Positions 20,423 through 27,389 are shown, counted from the stretch's first letter. The stretch: 32,000 bases of DNA from Xylella taiwanensis (GCF_013177435.1 NZ_CP053627.1:2100001-2132000), one strand, 5' to 3'. A program made the numbers and translations. The notes: a model not told the origin generated them from the sequence alone.

Positions 20423-20806
20423 CTAGCGCTGCAAACGATCAATTGAAACCACGGTATCCATGGCTTGTTCTTCCTTGCGCAGGATCACCCCGTCAGCCGT
20501 GTCACGCCGTTGCAGCGACAGCTCAACTACATCAGCCTTCTTGGTCGTCAATTGACTAAAAGCAAGTCCAAGGAGGCGCTCCACAGCACGCGCGGCTAGT
20601 CCCAACACGGCAGGTAAAACATCAGCGCTGACAAGGCCCTGATCGACTAACAATTCCATCGTGCGCTTCAATAGCCGTGGCTTCTCCAGCATACGGTCGT
20701 GGTCGTTGGGTTCTTGGCGGCTTCCCCATTTGGCCGAGCGCAATTTAATCAGGCGCGAATAGTCATTGTCATCCATCATGCCGAACGCTTGAAGTTGCAT
20801 CTTCAT
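20423..20806 (-). CDS. Hypothetical protein (127 aa), possibly itself a remnant
   Basis: Uninterrupted ORF (MKMQLQAFGMMDDNDYSRLIKLRSAKWG...). It overlaps the 3' end of the methyltransferase-like relic by 38 nt in another frame. I recognise no family. Confidence 0.35.
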   Translation of the reverse strand: MKMQLQAFGMMDDNDYSRLIKLRSAKWGSRQEPNDHDRMLEKPRLLKRTMELLVDQGLVSADVLPAVLGLAARAVERLLGLAFSQLTTKKADVVELSLQRRDTADGVILRKEEQAMDTVVSIDRLQR

Positions 20807-21503
20807 GGCTGTTACCGAAACACCTCAGCTCTTCTTTCCTCGAAAAGAACACGCCTTGAAGTGAGATTGGCGATGCGACTGGAGCACTGAAACCGCGCGT
20901 AGGTCGCAAAAATGCACCAGCGAAGTGCTGTGCTTGCTGCTCCGTCAACATGTGAGTTGCTGCCTCGCCAGATACTTCTATGTATCGGTGCAGCACTAGA
21001 TGAGCAAGCGCGTCGCCATGTGCCGTAGCGCTTCCGTACAGTACACGCCGCTACGGCACATGGATCCGCAGCGGTGGCTAAGAGAGTTTGGTCTCCGCAA
21101 TACGTTGCACGCATGGATGGCTTTCAAAACCATACGCCGCCACCCCACCACTTTCAGCTTCGATGCGTGTGGCACCAGAACCTACGAAAAGATCAAGCAC
21201 TGTGCAGCCCTTGCCGCTGTATTCACTCATGACGGTCTCGACCCATTCTGAAGAGAAATCTACTGAGTAACGCAACTAGCGATAAACTGAGCACTGTATG
21301 TTGTCGGTAAAAGTGCCCAACCGGACAATGTGGAAAAGCTTGGTCTGGTGGGGAATGGATGAAACATCGAGTAGCAAAGGAAGCCCCGAGTGGGTGCGCA
21401 CAATGTAGGTAGTAGCGTTGCAAGCACCACAGCACCCACGACTTGCCACCACATGGCATGTGGGCAACGCACCAGGACACTCCAGCAACCAAGCGGCCTG
21501 CAC
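20769..21503 (-). pseudogene. SAM-dependent (DNA) methyltransferase-like gene inactivated by three in-frame TAG codons
   Basis: One continuous frame of 245 codons is interrupted only by TAG at 21276-21278, 21078-21080 and 21051-21053, with no frameshift. It contains a motif-I-like segment YSVDFSSEWVETVMSEYSGKGCTVLDLFVGSGATRIEAESGGVAAYGFE (compare hPaxFPxxL....VLDPFxGSGTT..A...G....G.E). Confidence 0.5.
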
Positions 21504-21552
21504 ACGCGGTCGGGTTGTGCGCTAGCAGGGCAGCGTACCGCAGCCAAGAATG

Positions 21553-21576
21553 AAAAAACCCCGCATCGCTGCGAGG
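21553..21576 (-). terminator. Intrinsic terminator, probably the ancestral tRNA-Asn terminator
   Basis: The minus-strand RNA reads CCUCGCA-gcga-UGCGGGG, a 7-bp stem with one G.U pair and a GNRA loop (21559-21576). It is followed by U6 (A6 on + at 21553-21558). It lies directly downstream of the displaced tRNA-Asn 3' fragment. Confidence 0.65.
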
Positions 21577-21599
21577 CCTGCTTTTAAGCTGTTTTACTC

Positions 21600-21645
21600 T
21601 GGCACCCGAAGTTGGACTGGAGCCAATACTCCCTGATTAACAGTC
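21600..21645 (-). repeat. Displaced, degenerate copy of the 3' half of tRNA-Asn (island attL-like end)
   Basis: tggcAcccgaagttggactGgaGccaaTACTccctgattaacagtc aligns with 27900-27946 of the intact tRNA. About 6 mismatches plus one 1-nt indel over 46-47 nt, same orientation. Confidence 0.8.
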
Positions 21646-21785
21646 GCCGCATTCAAAGCACATGAGGCGCCTGAAGTTAAGCCGTTTTTCTCCGTTAGCC
21701 TCGTCTAATACAAAACGAATGAGTCAGGCACAACACATTGATTTTCAATCTACCAGTCCGACCATATTAGACAGCCAATCGACGA

Positions 21786-21831
21786 CTGAAGTGGTTTGCA
21801 GAATTCGTAATCTTCCATGAGATACCTGGAA
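21786..21831 (+). repeat. 46-nt segment paralogous to 24395-24440 (fragment of a decayed ORF)
   Basis: ctgaagtggtttgcagaattcgtaatcttccatgagatacctggaa aligns with ctgaaacggtttgcagaattcgtgatctcccattagatacctggaa at 41/46 identity. It translates as EVVCRIRNLP*DTWN versus ETVCRIRDLPLDTWK. Weaker similarity continues about 35 nt upstream. Confidence 0.8.
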
Positions 21832-21906
21832 CGGCGGAAATTCGGGCTGATTCCACCGATCCGTCGTCTAACGCAGCATTGATGGAAATATTGTGTAATA
21901 CATTAG

Positions 21907-22191
21907 ATGATGCCGCTCACCTTCCGGATTGATCAGGCGCTGCAAGCCGAGTTTTCTATGACTGCGAAGGCGCCCATGACCGTACCGGCGCATAACTCCT
22001 GTGCGCATTCATCCGGGACTAGGTGAAACAACAGCAGGAAAGCACCGGAATATGATGCTTGGCTGTGCACTAAGGTCGAGCGGTCACGATCCTCCGCCAA
22101 CGCCGGTAACCTGGTGCCCACCGCCGCAGTTGATGCCAAATTCGCAGCTCGCCGAGCTGCGACACGTCGCCGGATTGAAGCGCTGCAGTAA
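21907..22191 (+). pseudogene. Ribbon-helix-helix antitoxin gene (ParE partner) interrupted by an in-frame stop
   Basis: ATG at 21907 gives MMPLTFRIDQALQAEFSMTAKA.., an RHH beta-strand. TGA at 22024-22026 is in the same frame. That frame then continues APEYDAWLCTKVERS....RRRIEALQ* and ends TAATG overlapping the parE start (22189-22191). No ATG/GTG/TTG follows the TGA before the CTG at 22063. The middle section reads better in another frame (LLCAFIRD*VKQQQE). Confidence 0.65.
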
Positions 22192-22472
22192 TGGAATTGT
22201 TTTGGACACTAGAGGCAATACAAGACCGCGACGACATTTACGACTGTATCGAGACCGACAACCCGACCACCACGCTAGCCTTCGATGAATTGTTAGAGGA
22301 AAAAGCGACGTTGTTGGTCAGGTACCCAGCTCTCAGACAGATTGGCAGAGTTCCAGATACACGTGAGTTCGTTGTACATCGGAATTACATCTTTATTTAT
22401 GGAGTAGTTGACGACTTGGTGCGCGTGCTGAACCTGGTACACATAGCTCGTCAGTGGCCGTCGATGAGTTGA
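22191..22472 (+). CDS. parE: RelE/ParE-family type II toxin
   Basis: 93 aa, uninterrupted. The pattern W..EA..D.D.IYDYI...NP..A......L......L...P..G R.....TREFVV.RNYI.IY......V.VL.LVH.AR.WP matches ParE. Its start overlaps the stop of the upstream antitoxin frame. Confidence 0.8.
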   Translation: MELFWTLEAIQDRDDIYDCIETDNPTTTLAFDELLEEKATLLVRYPALRQIGRVPDTREFVVHRNYIFIYGVVDDLVRVLNLVHIARQWPSMS

Positions 22473-22505
22473 GTAAGTAGAACAGATTAATCTTCCAAAG
22501 CGTAA

Positions 22506-22520
22506 GGGGCCAAAGGCCCC
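22506..22520. terminator. GC hairpin between convergent parE and lipase genes
   Basis: GGGGCC-aaa-GGCCCC is a perfect 6-bp stem. It lies 34 nt after the parE stop and 21 nt after the lipase stop. The T-tract is weak on both strands. Confidence 0.45.
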
Positions 22521-22540
22521 CTACACCCTCACTCAGAATA

Positions 22541-23791
22541 CTAACGTTGCTTATCAAGCAATTGGTGACGAACCGCAATGATGCAACTCTCCAGACTGGC
22601 CAAGTGCGCAACCAGACCATCGTTAGCATCTTTGTTTCTAGGCTTTCCTGCGTCAACGTCCAACACAGAGACCTGTTTACTACCACGTCTCTGGAAAGAG
22701 ATCATCGCAGCGACGGCATTCTGCAATGGAATAAGGGAATCATTGCTAGAACCGCACAGCAGGGTCGGAGCCTGTGGCGCCCAACGCAACAAATTGTTAC
22801 GTACTAGATCCAAACGAAATGGATTTCCCGGATTATAGAAATCTCTATAAAAACCAGGCTGGAAATACGTCTTGATCTGGTCAGGCTTAGGAAAGTCATC
22901 AAGTGTCAGCTTCTTATCACCAGGAAACCACACTTCAACCTCATCTGCCCAAGGCTCCTGAAAAACGTCTATGGGGGAGAAATAGATATTGTGGTAGGTA
23001 CGGTTCATGCCGATAATCAGAGCGGTGGCCAACGGGATAAGGTCAAGAGCGTCACTACGGCCATACCAACTATCAAGGATCGTTTGGCTAAGCGCATACG
23101 GCCCAGAAATCGGCGCACTCGCAACAAGCGAAAACTCATTTGACAGGTGTGCTTCAATCTCACGCTGGGTAGCCAGTGCACTATGGCCACCTTGCGAAAA
23201 GCCAGACGCCATCACTTTGTCCGACAGTGGCGTCTTTAAACCCCGCAGTACAGTACGAGCGGCACGCATCGCATCAATCGTAGCACTGGCCTCTGAAGAC
23301 GCCTGTAGATAAGCATGGAAGGGGTAGTCAGAGTTACCTAATCCAAGATAATCAACGCCAACAACCACATAGCCCTGGCTAGCTAAACGTGTGACCAATG
23401 GAGTATTGCCCTTAGCGTTAAAGATAGCCTTAGCCTGTCCAGCATGACGCAGCGCGCTGATCATCGGACCCCAAGAGAGCATAGGATAGGGAGCCGGGCA
23501 ATACGAACCATCTGGGATGAGCAGTACCCCCGACGCCGTCGTCGGTTCACCGGACACACCAACCGTTGCATAATTCAACTCAACAACATGAACGTCGCAT
23601 TTGGGTTGTTCGGACGCAGGCTCCTTGGTGAGAAAGGCAGCAATCTCATCTCTTTTATAGCTGGCAAGGAGATTGCTCTCAATCACCGTACCACGTTGAG
23701 GCCAAGCTGCTGCGACCACAGGAAAAACAACGCTAGTCATAATAAGCAGGCGAAGACCTGGAAGTATCGGTTTTTTTCTGAAATAAAGCAT
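22541..23791 (-). CDS. Secreted lipase/esterase (alpha/beta hydrolase, LIP / LipA-like)
   Basis: I place the start at the ATG at 23791 (MLYFRKKPILPGLRLLIMTSVVFPVVAAAW, a signal peptide). The ORF opens at 23863. The nucleophile elbow is MASGFSQGGHSAL. The size of about 416 aa fits Xanthomonad LipA-type esterases (my recollection). Confidence 0.7.
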   Translation of the reverse strand: MLYFRKKPILPGLRLLIMTSVVFPVVAAAWPQRGTVIESNLLASYKRDEIAAFLTKEPASEQPKCDVHVVELNYATVGVSGEPTTASGVLLIPDGSYCPAPYPMLSWGPMISALRHAGQAKAIFNAKGNTPLVTRLASQGYVVVGVDYLGLGNSDYPFHAYLQASSEASATIDAMRAARTVLRGLKTPLSDKVMASGFSQGGHSALATQREIEAHLSNEFSLVASAPISGPYALSQTILDSWYGRSDALDLIPLATALIIGMNRTYHNIYFSPIDVFQEPWADEVEVWFPGDKKLTLDDFPKPDQIKTYFQPGFYRDFYNPGNPFRLDLVRNNLLRWAPQAPTLLCGSSNDSLIPLQNAVAAMISFQRRGSKQVSVLDVDAGKPRNKDANDGLVAHLASLESCIIAVRHQLLDKQR

Positions 23792-24045
23792 GAGATTAGA
23801 CTCACTTGAACGAGTTATAATATTTATATGATCGCCAGCTAAATACCAAGACAATTGTCTCAAAAAATATTTTTTATATAAGAAAGAATTTATGCGATCA
23901 ATTCATATAATAAATTCTAAGCCATTATAAAGTATTACCTATAGAGAGATTTAACGTTATTTCTAAAAAATATTAATATTTTTTAATAATCTATCTATAT
24001 ATCAAATGAAATTATATAATCCACGCACTCAAATTAAGCCAGCAA
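23792..24045. promoter_or_regulatory. Extremely AT-rich upstream region of the lipase gene, with A6/T6 palindromes
   Basis: A 14-bp perfect palindrome AAAAAATATTTTTT lies at 23862-23875. A 20-bp perfect palindrome AAAAAATATTAATATTTTTT lies at 23965-23984. The surrounding ~200 bp is almost devoid of G/C, in sharp contrast to the rest of the window. Confidence 0.45.
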
Positions 24046-24070
24046 TATAGCCTCACGTTCTGAGGCTATA
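24046..24070. other. Perfect 10-bp stem hairpin at the edge of the AT-rich block
   Basis: TATAGCCTCA-cgttc-TGAGGCTATA. No clear U-tract follows on either strand, so the function is unassigned. Confidence 0.4.
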
Positions 24071-24156
24071 GACATCACTGCCGACATGACTCGTAGAAGA
24101 AAACAGTTGTGTCCACCGTAGCTCGGACCATTTACTCAAGACGTCGTTGAGGATAA

Positions 24157-24531
24157 CGTTTTGGTCAGCATCGAAGGCAAGGACAAAGCGCACATGCCAT
24201 CACTGAAGATGGTGACGGCAACACGTGGAGTTTTGAAGCCACTGGGGAATTGGCTAAGGACTTGGCTCACCACTTGTTCGGAAAGCCTGTTCGGCTAAAG
24301 GGCAGTGTCCGTTTGCCTAGAGATGCAGCAGGGTAATGGCAATACAGCAGTCTCAAAGCAGTTGAATTTCGACCGCTAAACAACGATACCTTGGCTGAAA
24401 CGGTTTGCAGAATTCGTGATCTCCCATTAGATACCTGGAAACAAGATATTGACCCCGTTGCAATGCTTAAATCGCTTCGCGATGAAGATTGCCTCCCACA
24501 TCGTTGCTCAGGTCAAAAACAGAATGATTAA
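24157..24531 (+). pseudogene. Decayed ORF of unknown family (paralogous fragment at 21786-21831)
   Basis: The frame reads ..AITEDGDGNTWSFEATGELAKDLAHHLFGKPVRLKGSVRLPRDAAG*WQYSSLKAVEFRPLNNDTLAETVCRIRDLPLDTWKQDIDPVAMLKSLRDED..*. An internal TAA lies at 24334-24336. Upstream text reads in another frame (NVLVSIEGKDKAH). There is no start codon. Confidence 0.45.
24395..24440 (+). repeat. 46-nt segment paralogous to 21786-21831
   Basis: See the feature at 21786-21831 (41/46 identical). Confidence 0.8.
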
Positions 24532-24929
24532 GGCTGCTTGGCTGGCTGTGGTGGCGGCTGCAATGCTTGAACCGGAACCTGAATGATGATTGGGGCAGAC
24601 TGAGTTGGCAACGCTTGAGAAGTGACCTTCACACTACTGGCAACGAAGCCGCCAACGCCAAGAATGCCTGCGAAAAGGGCTAATACCGTCGCGAGCATCC
24701 ATGTTCGATTTTCTTTTTGAGCCTTCTCGAAATCGGTGTGCAACTCCCCCACTGACTTGTCTAAATCGGCACGCAACTCCCCAACCGACTTGTTTAAATC
24801 AGCACGCAACTCCCCCACCGACTTGTTTAAATCAGCGCGCAAGCCTTCAAAATCGGCCTTGGTGGCAAGTGTGGGGATGATGGTTTCAAGTTGGACTATA
24901 CGTGCTTCCATACCGTCATCATGTGGCAA
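24528..24929 (-). CDS. Small coiled-coil, single-pass membrane protein with an internal 11-aa x3 repeat
   Basis: 133 aa. The N-terminal heptad-like region is MEARIVQLETIIPTLATKADFEGL, followed by (RADLNKSVGEL)x3. One TM helix follows (WMLATVLALFAGILGVGGFVASSV) and then a Pro/Gln-rich tail. It is on the same strand as the BrnA-like gene and 55 nt downstream of it. Confidence 0.6.
   Translation of the reverse strand: MPHDDGMEARIVQLETIIPTLATKADFEGLRADLNKSVGELRADLNKSVGELRADLDKSVGELHTDFEKAQKENRTWMLATVLALFAGILGVGGFVASSVKVTSQALPTQSAPIIIQVPVQALQPPPQPAKQP
24741..24839 (-). repeat. 3 x 33-bp perfect-phase tandem repeat inside the CDS
   Basis: The units are 24741-24773, 24774-24806 and 24807-24839 (caactcccccactgacttgtctaaatcggcacg and variants). 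They differ at a few positions, and a degenerate fourth unit follows. Each unit encodes 11 aa in frame. Confidence 0.9.
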
Positions 24930-24984
24930 ATCGCTGGCAACGTCCAGCGGGGTGAGGCAGTAAGGTGCAAGGAAACGGCGCTGT

Positions 24985-25275
24985 TCATTTTATAGGTGGA
25001 TCTCCGCTTGTTCCGCGTAGCGAAGCCGCATCGCTTTCGAGCAGCATCCGCACATAGCGCGTGTATGGCACACCTTTCGTTTTGGCCTTAGCTTTCAACG
25101 CTTCCAGTAGTTGGGTGGGTAATCGCATATTCAATACGGCTGTTTTGGGTTCGATCTCAAAGTGCATCGGCTTAAACCCGGAAAGATCATAGAGCAACAG
25201 GTCGGCCTTAGCGACGAATTCATCAGCCGCTACGTCGCTACGCAGCGATGGCATGGGCTTAGATTTGACCTTCAT
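24985..25275 (-). CDS. CopG/ribbon-helix-helix antitoxin (BrnA / CopG_antitoxin-like)
   Basis: 96 aa. ..PSLRSDVAADEFVAKADLLLYDLSGFKPMHFE..KTAVLNMRLPTQLLEALKAKAKTKGVPYTRYVRMLLE matches the pattern of antitoxins paired with DUF497/BrnT toxins. Its ATG overlaps the TGA of the upstream toxin remnant (ATGA at 25272-25275). Confidence 0.7.
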   Translation of the reverse strand: MKVKSKPMPSLRSDVAADEFVAKADLLLYDLSGFKPMHFEIEPKTAVLNMRLPTQLLEALKAKAKTKGVPYTRYVRMLLESDAASLRGTSGDPPIK

Positions 25276-25451
25276 ACATAATGATTAATCTCTTTCTGGT
25301 GCATATAACGGGGGCTGATAGGACGTCGCTTGATACGGCCTTCAGTCTCTTTAAGCATGAATACAAGGCATACGTAATGTCCTGCTGGGGGTTGTGAAAG
25401 GGAACCATCTGAAATTTCGGGACGCCTGTTACTGTTAAGACAGGCTAGAAG
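25272..25451 (-). pseudogene. N-terminally truncated BrnT (DUF497)-like toxin remnant
   Basis: The open frame covers only ~59 codons (..RPEISDGSLSQPPAGHYVCLVFMLKETEGRIKRRPISPRYMHQKEINHYV*). The C-terminus matches the DUF497 signature iRIISARkAtkkE...Y. An upstream in-frame TAA lies at 25452-25454. The only ATG would give 28 aa. The remnant abuts and overlaps the stop of the M20 peptidase gene. Confidence 0.6.
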
Positions 25452-26755
25452 TTATCGCTGAGATAACGGCTAATAAAAATAGCTGCTCTTTTGGTGACTA
25501 TGGGGAGAGCAGCTATCTCTAAAGTTTCATTTTTACTGTGCGCCCCAGTTCCCCACGGACCTAAACCATCAATGCTGGCAGAAACATCTTGTGCAATATA
25601 AGAAATATCCGCTCCTCCACGTTCAGCCGCTGGCGCTGCCTGCAATGGTTCTCCACCCAATGCCGTACTGATAGTGCTGAATTGGACTAAAAGTTGCTTG
25701 TTGGCATCAGTCTCCGGCATAACCGGGATGATATCTTTGAATATCAATTGACTGGAGGTGAGCGGTAATGGAGTCACCGTAATGTCACGCATCTTTTGTT
25801 CTGCGAGGCTTTTCTGTGCATTGGATAAAAAGCGCAAATCGCCATGCACTAATGTTTGTGCTGCAATAATGGTTTTCTGCCCGCTAGCATGACCGATACC
25901 TTGCTGTACATCTTCACTCACGGTCTGTCCACCAAGAATAATCCCTGGATTAAGGGTTAAACCGGACGTATCCGAAAGAGTGGTGCGAAACATATTCAGC
26001 ACCCGTGCAATTTCATAAATAGCACCAAAACCAGCACCAGACTCAAATATTGTGGATGAATGTCGTGATGTACCACTGCTGGAAAGATACCATTCACTTA
26101 ATCCTCTTCTATTGGTCACCAGCTGGTTGGTGGTCAGAGAGAACTCAAACCCCAGTGCAATATCACTGCCCTGAGCGGCTTCACGTAGTGTTTTACGCGA
26201 TATTTCGGTTGGCTTTGCCGCCTGCTCCTCATCGCCGGTAAGTACGACCGTGATATTGGCATTCTTTAGTTTATCTACCTGATCCAGCGCCTTGAGAGCA
26301 TATAAGAGCGTGACTATGCCACCTTTATCATCAATGACACCCGGCCCTGTTGCTGATTTTTTATCCGAGGAAAGCACGAACGACTGAAAAGGACTGTCAG
26401 CAGGAAAAACCGTATCTAGATGACCAATCAACAAGATCCGCTTCCCCACTCCGTGATGGGTAGCCACTAAACTGCCGGCATGTTTCATTGATGGAGGGAG
26501 GTCGACCCATTGTGTTTTGAAGCCCATACTTTCAAACTGTGGGCGAATCAGTTCACCAACTTTTTTGACACCCTCGTTGTTTGCTGTGCCGCTATTGATA
26601 TTGACCAGACGCTCTAATAACTCGAGTTGATTTTTTTTATTTTCATCAATGTGATTTATTAAAACGGTTTCATCTGGATTTAACGTTGCATTGGCAATAG
26701 GGATATCGTTGACACCTAATAAAACCAATATCAGAAAAAATATTCTTTCTTTCAT
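25445..26755 (-). CDS. Secreted/periplasmic M20-family metallopeptidase (carboxypeptidase G2-like)
   Basis: I place the start at the ATG at 26755 (GAGG 7 nt upstream; signal peptide MKERIFFLILVLLGVNDIPIANA). The ORF opens at 26785. The M20 motifs LLIGHLDTVFP, VIDDKGG and LTGDEEQ are present. GC content is visibly lower than in neighbouring core genes. Confidence 0.8.
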   Translation of the reverse strand: MKERIFFLILVLLGVNDIPIANATLNPDETVLINHIDENKKNQLELLERLVNINSGTANNEGVKKVGELIRPQFESMGFKTQWVDLPPSMKHAGSLVATHHGVGKRILLIGHLDTVFPADSPFQSFVLSSDKKSATGPGVIDDKGGIVTLLYALKALDQVDKLKNANITVVLTGDEEQAAKPTEISRKTLREAAQGSDIALGFEFSLTTNQLVTNRRGLSEWYLSSSGTSRHSSTIFESGAGFGAIYEIARVLNMFRTTLSDTSGLTLNPGIILGGQTVSEDVQQGIGHASGQKTIIAAQTLVHGDLRFLSNAQKSLAEQKMRDITVTPLPLTSSQLIFKDIIPVMPETDANKQLLVQFSTISTALGGEPLQAAPAAERGGADISYIAQDVSASIDGLGPWGTGAHSKNETLEIAALPIVTKRAAIFISRYLSDNF

Positions 26756-26937
26756 GTTTATCCTCATATAGCCGTTAACCTCCACGTTACAGGTACAGAC
26801 GGCCTAGGGCCTGCCCAACCCACATCCTGATCGCATTGAGCCCACGGTCGACCAACTTCTGCGGCCAGTATCGACCTTAGCATCATACGATCACCCAAAG
26901 TAGGCGGACCTGGAGCATCTCGATGATGTCCCCGATG

Positions 26938-27389
26938 CTATACCATGACCGAACTTCTTTTCACTGCGCGCTGAGCACGTGCCAACAGAGCGCCAAACGC
27001 CGCGCCGAGCAGATGCGCAACCCACGCCACGCTGCCAAAGTCGAGCACGCGTGCAGCAAACACCACCTGCAGAGCAATTAACTGGCGAACGCAGTGCAGT
27101 CATGCAGGAACAGCGCCAGCCAGCCCTCGTCGAGCGCAAATACGACGGCGCTGGCACCGATCACAGGCCAGTCGATCAGCACCACCGCCGCACCGTTGGT
27201 CAACTCGCCGGTACTATGGACGCAGGTCATGCTGATGGCACGTGCGATACACGGGCCGAACATCACCAGGCCGGTAAGATTGCCGGATAAATGTGCAATG
27301 CTGGTGTGGAGCAAGACCGTCATCATCGTGACGCAATCCCTAGTGCAATGGTCACCTTGAAATTTCCAGAAGTCGTGGTATTCGGCCAC
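26938..27389 (-). pseudogene. Rhomboid-family intramembrane serine protease, frameshifted and 5'-truncated
   Basis: Frame A reads ..LLHTSIAHLSGNLTGLVMFGP...VIGASAVVFAL.. (the H..HL..N motif and the GxSG region) and ends at 27078. Frame B reads ..FGSVAWVAHLLGAAFGALLARAQ..* (the catalytic-His AHxxG region) and ends with TAG at 26938-26940. At least one frameshift lies near 27078-27100. The N-terminal part is missing or degenerate. Confidence 0.6.

Noticed and set aside
21666-21678. Second tRNA-Asn-like fragment (ggcgcctgaagtt, 12/13 identical to the tRNA 3' end) 20 nt inside the island's left repeat
   Set aside because: It is too short to distinguish from chance or from a local duplication. 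It could hint at tandem integration events, but I cannot support that from 13 nt.
24741-24839. Possible CRISPR array (regular ~33-bp repeats)
   Set aside because: The units are directly contiguous with no spacers. They are in frame inside an ORF, encode a repeated 11-aa peptide, and no cas genes are present. This is a coding tandem repeat, not CRISPR.
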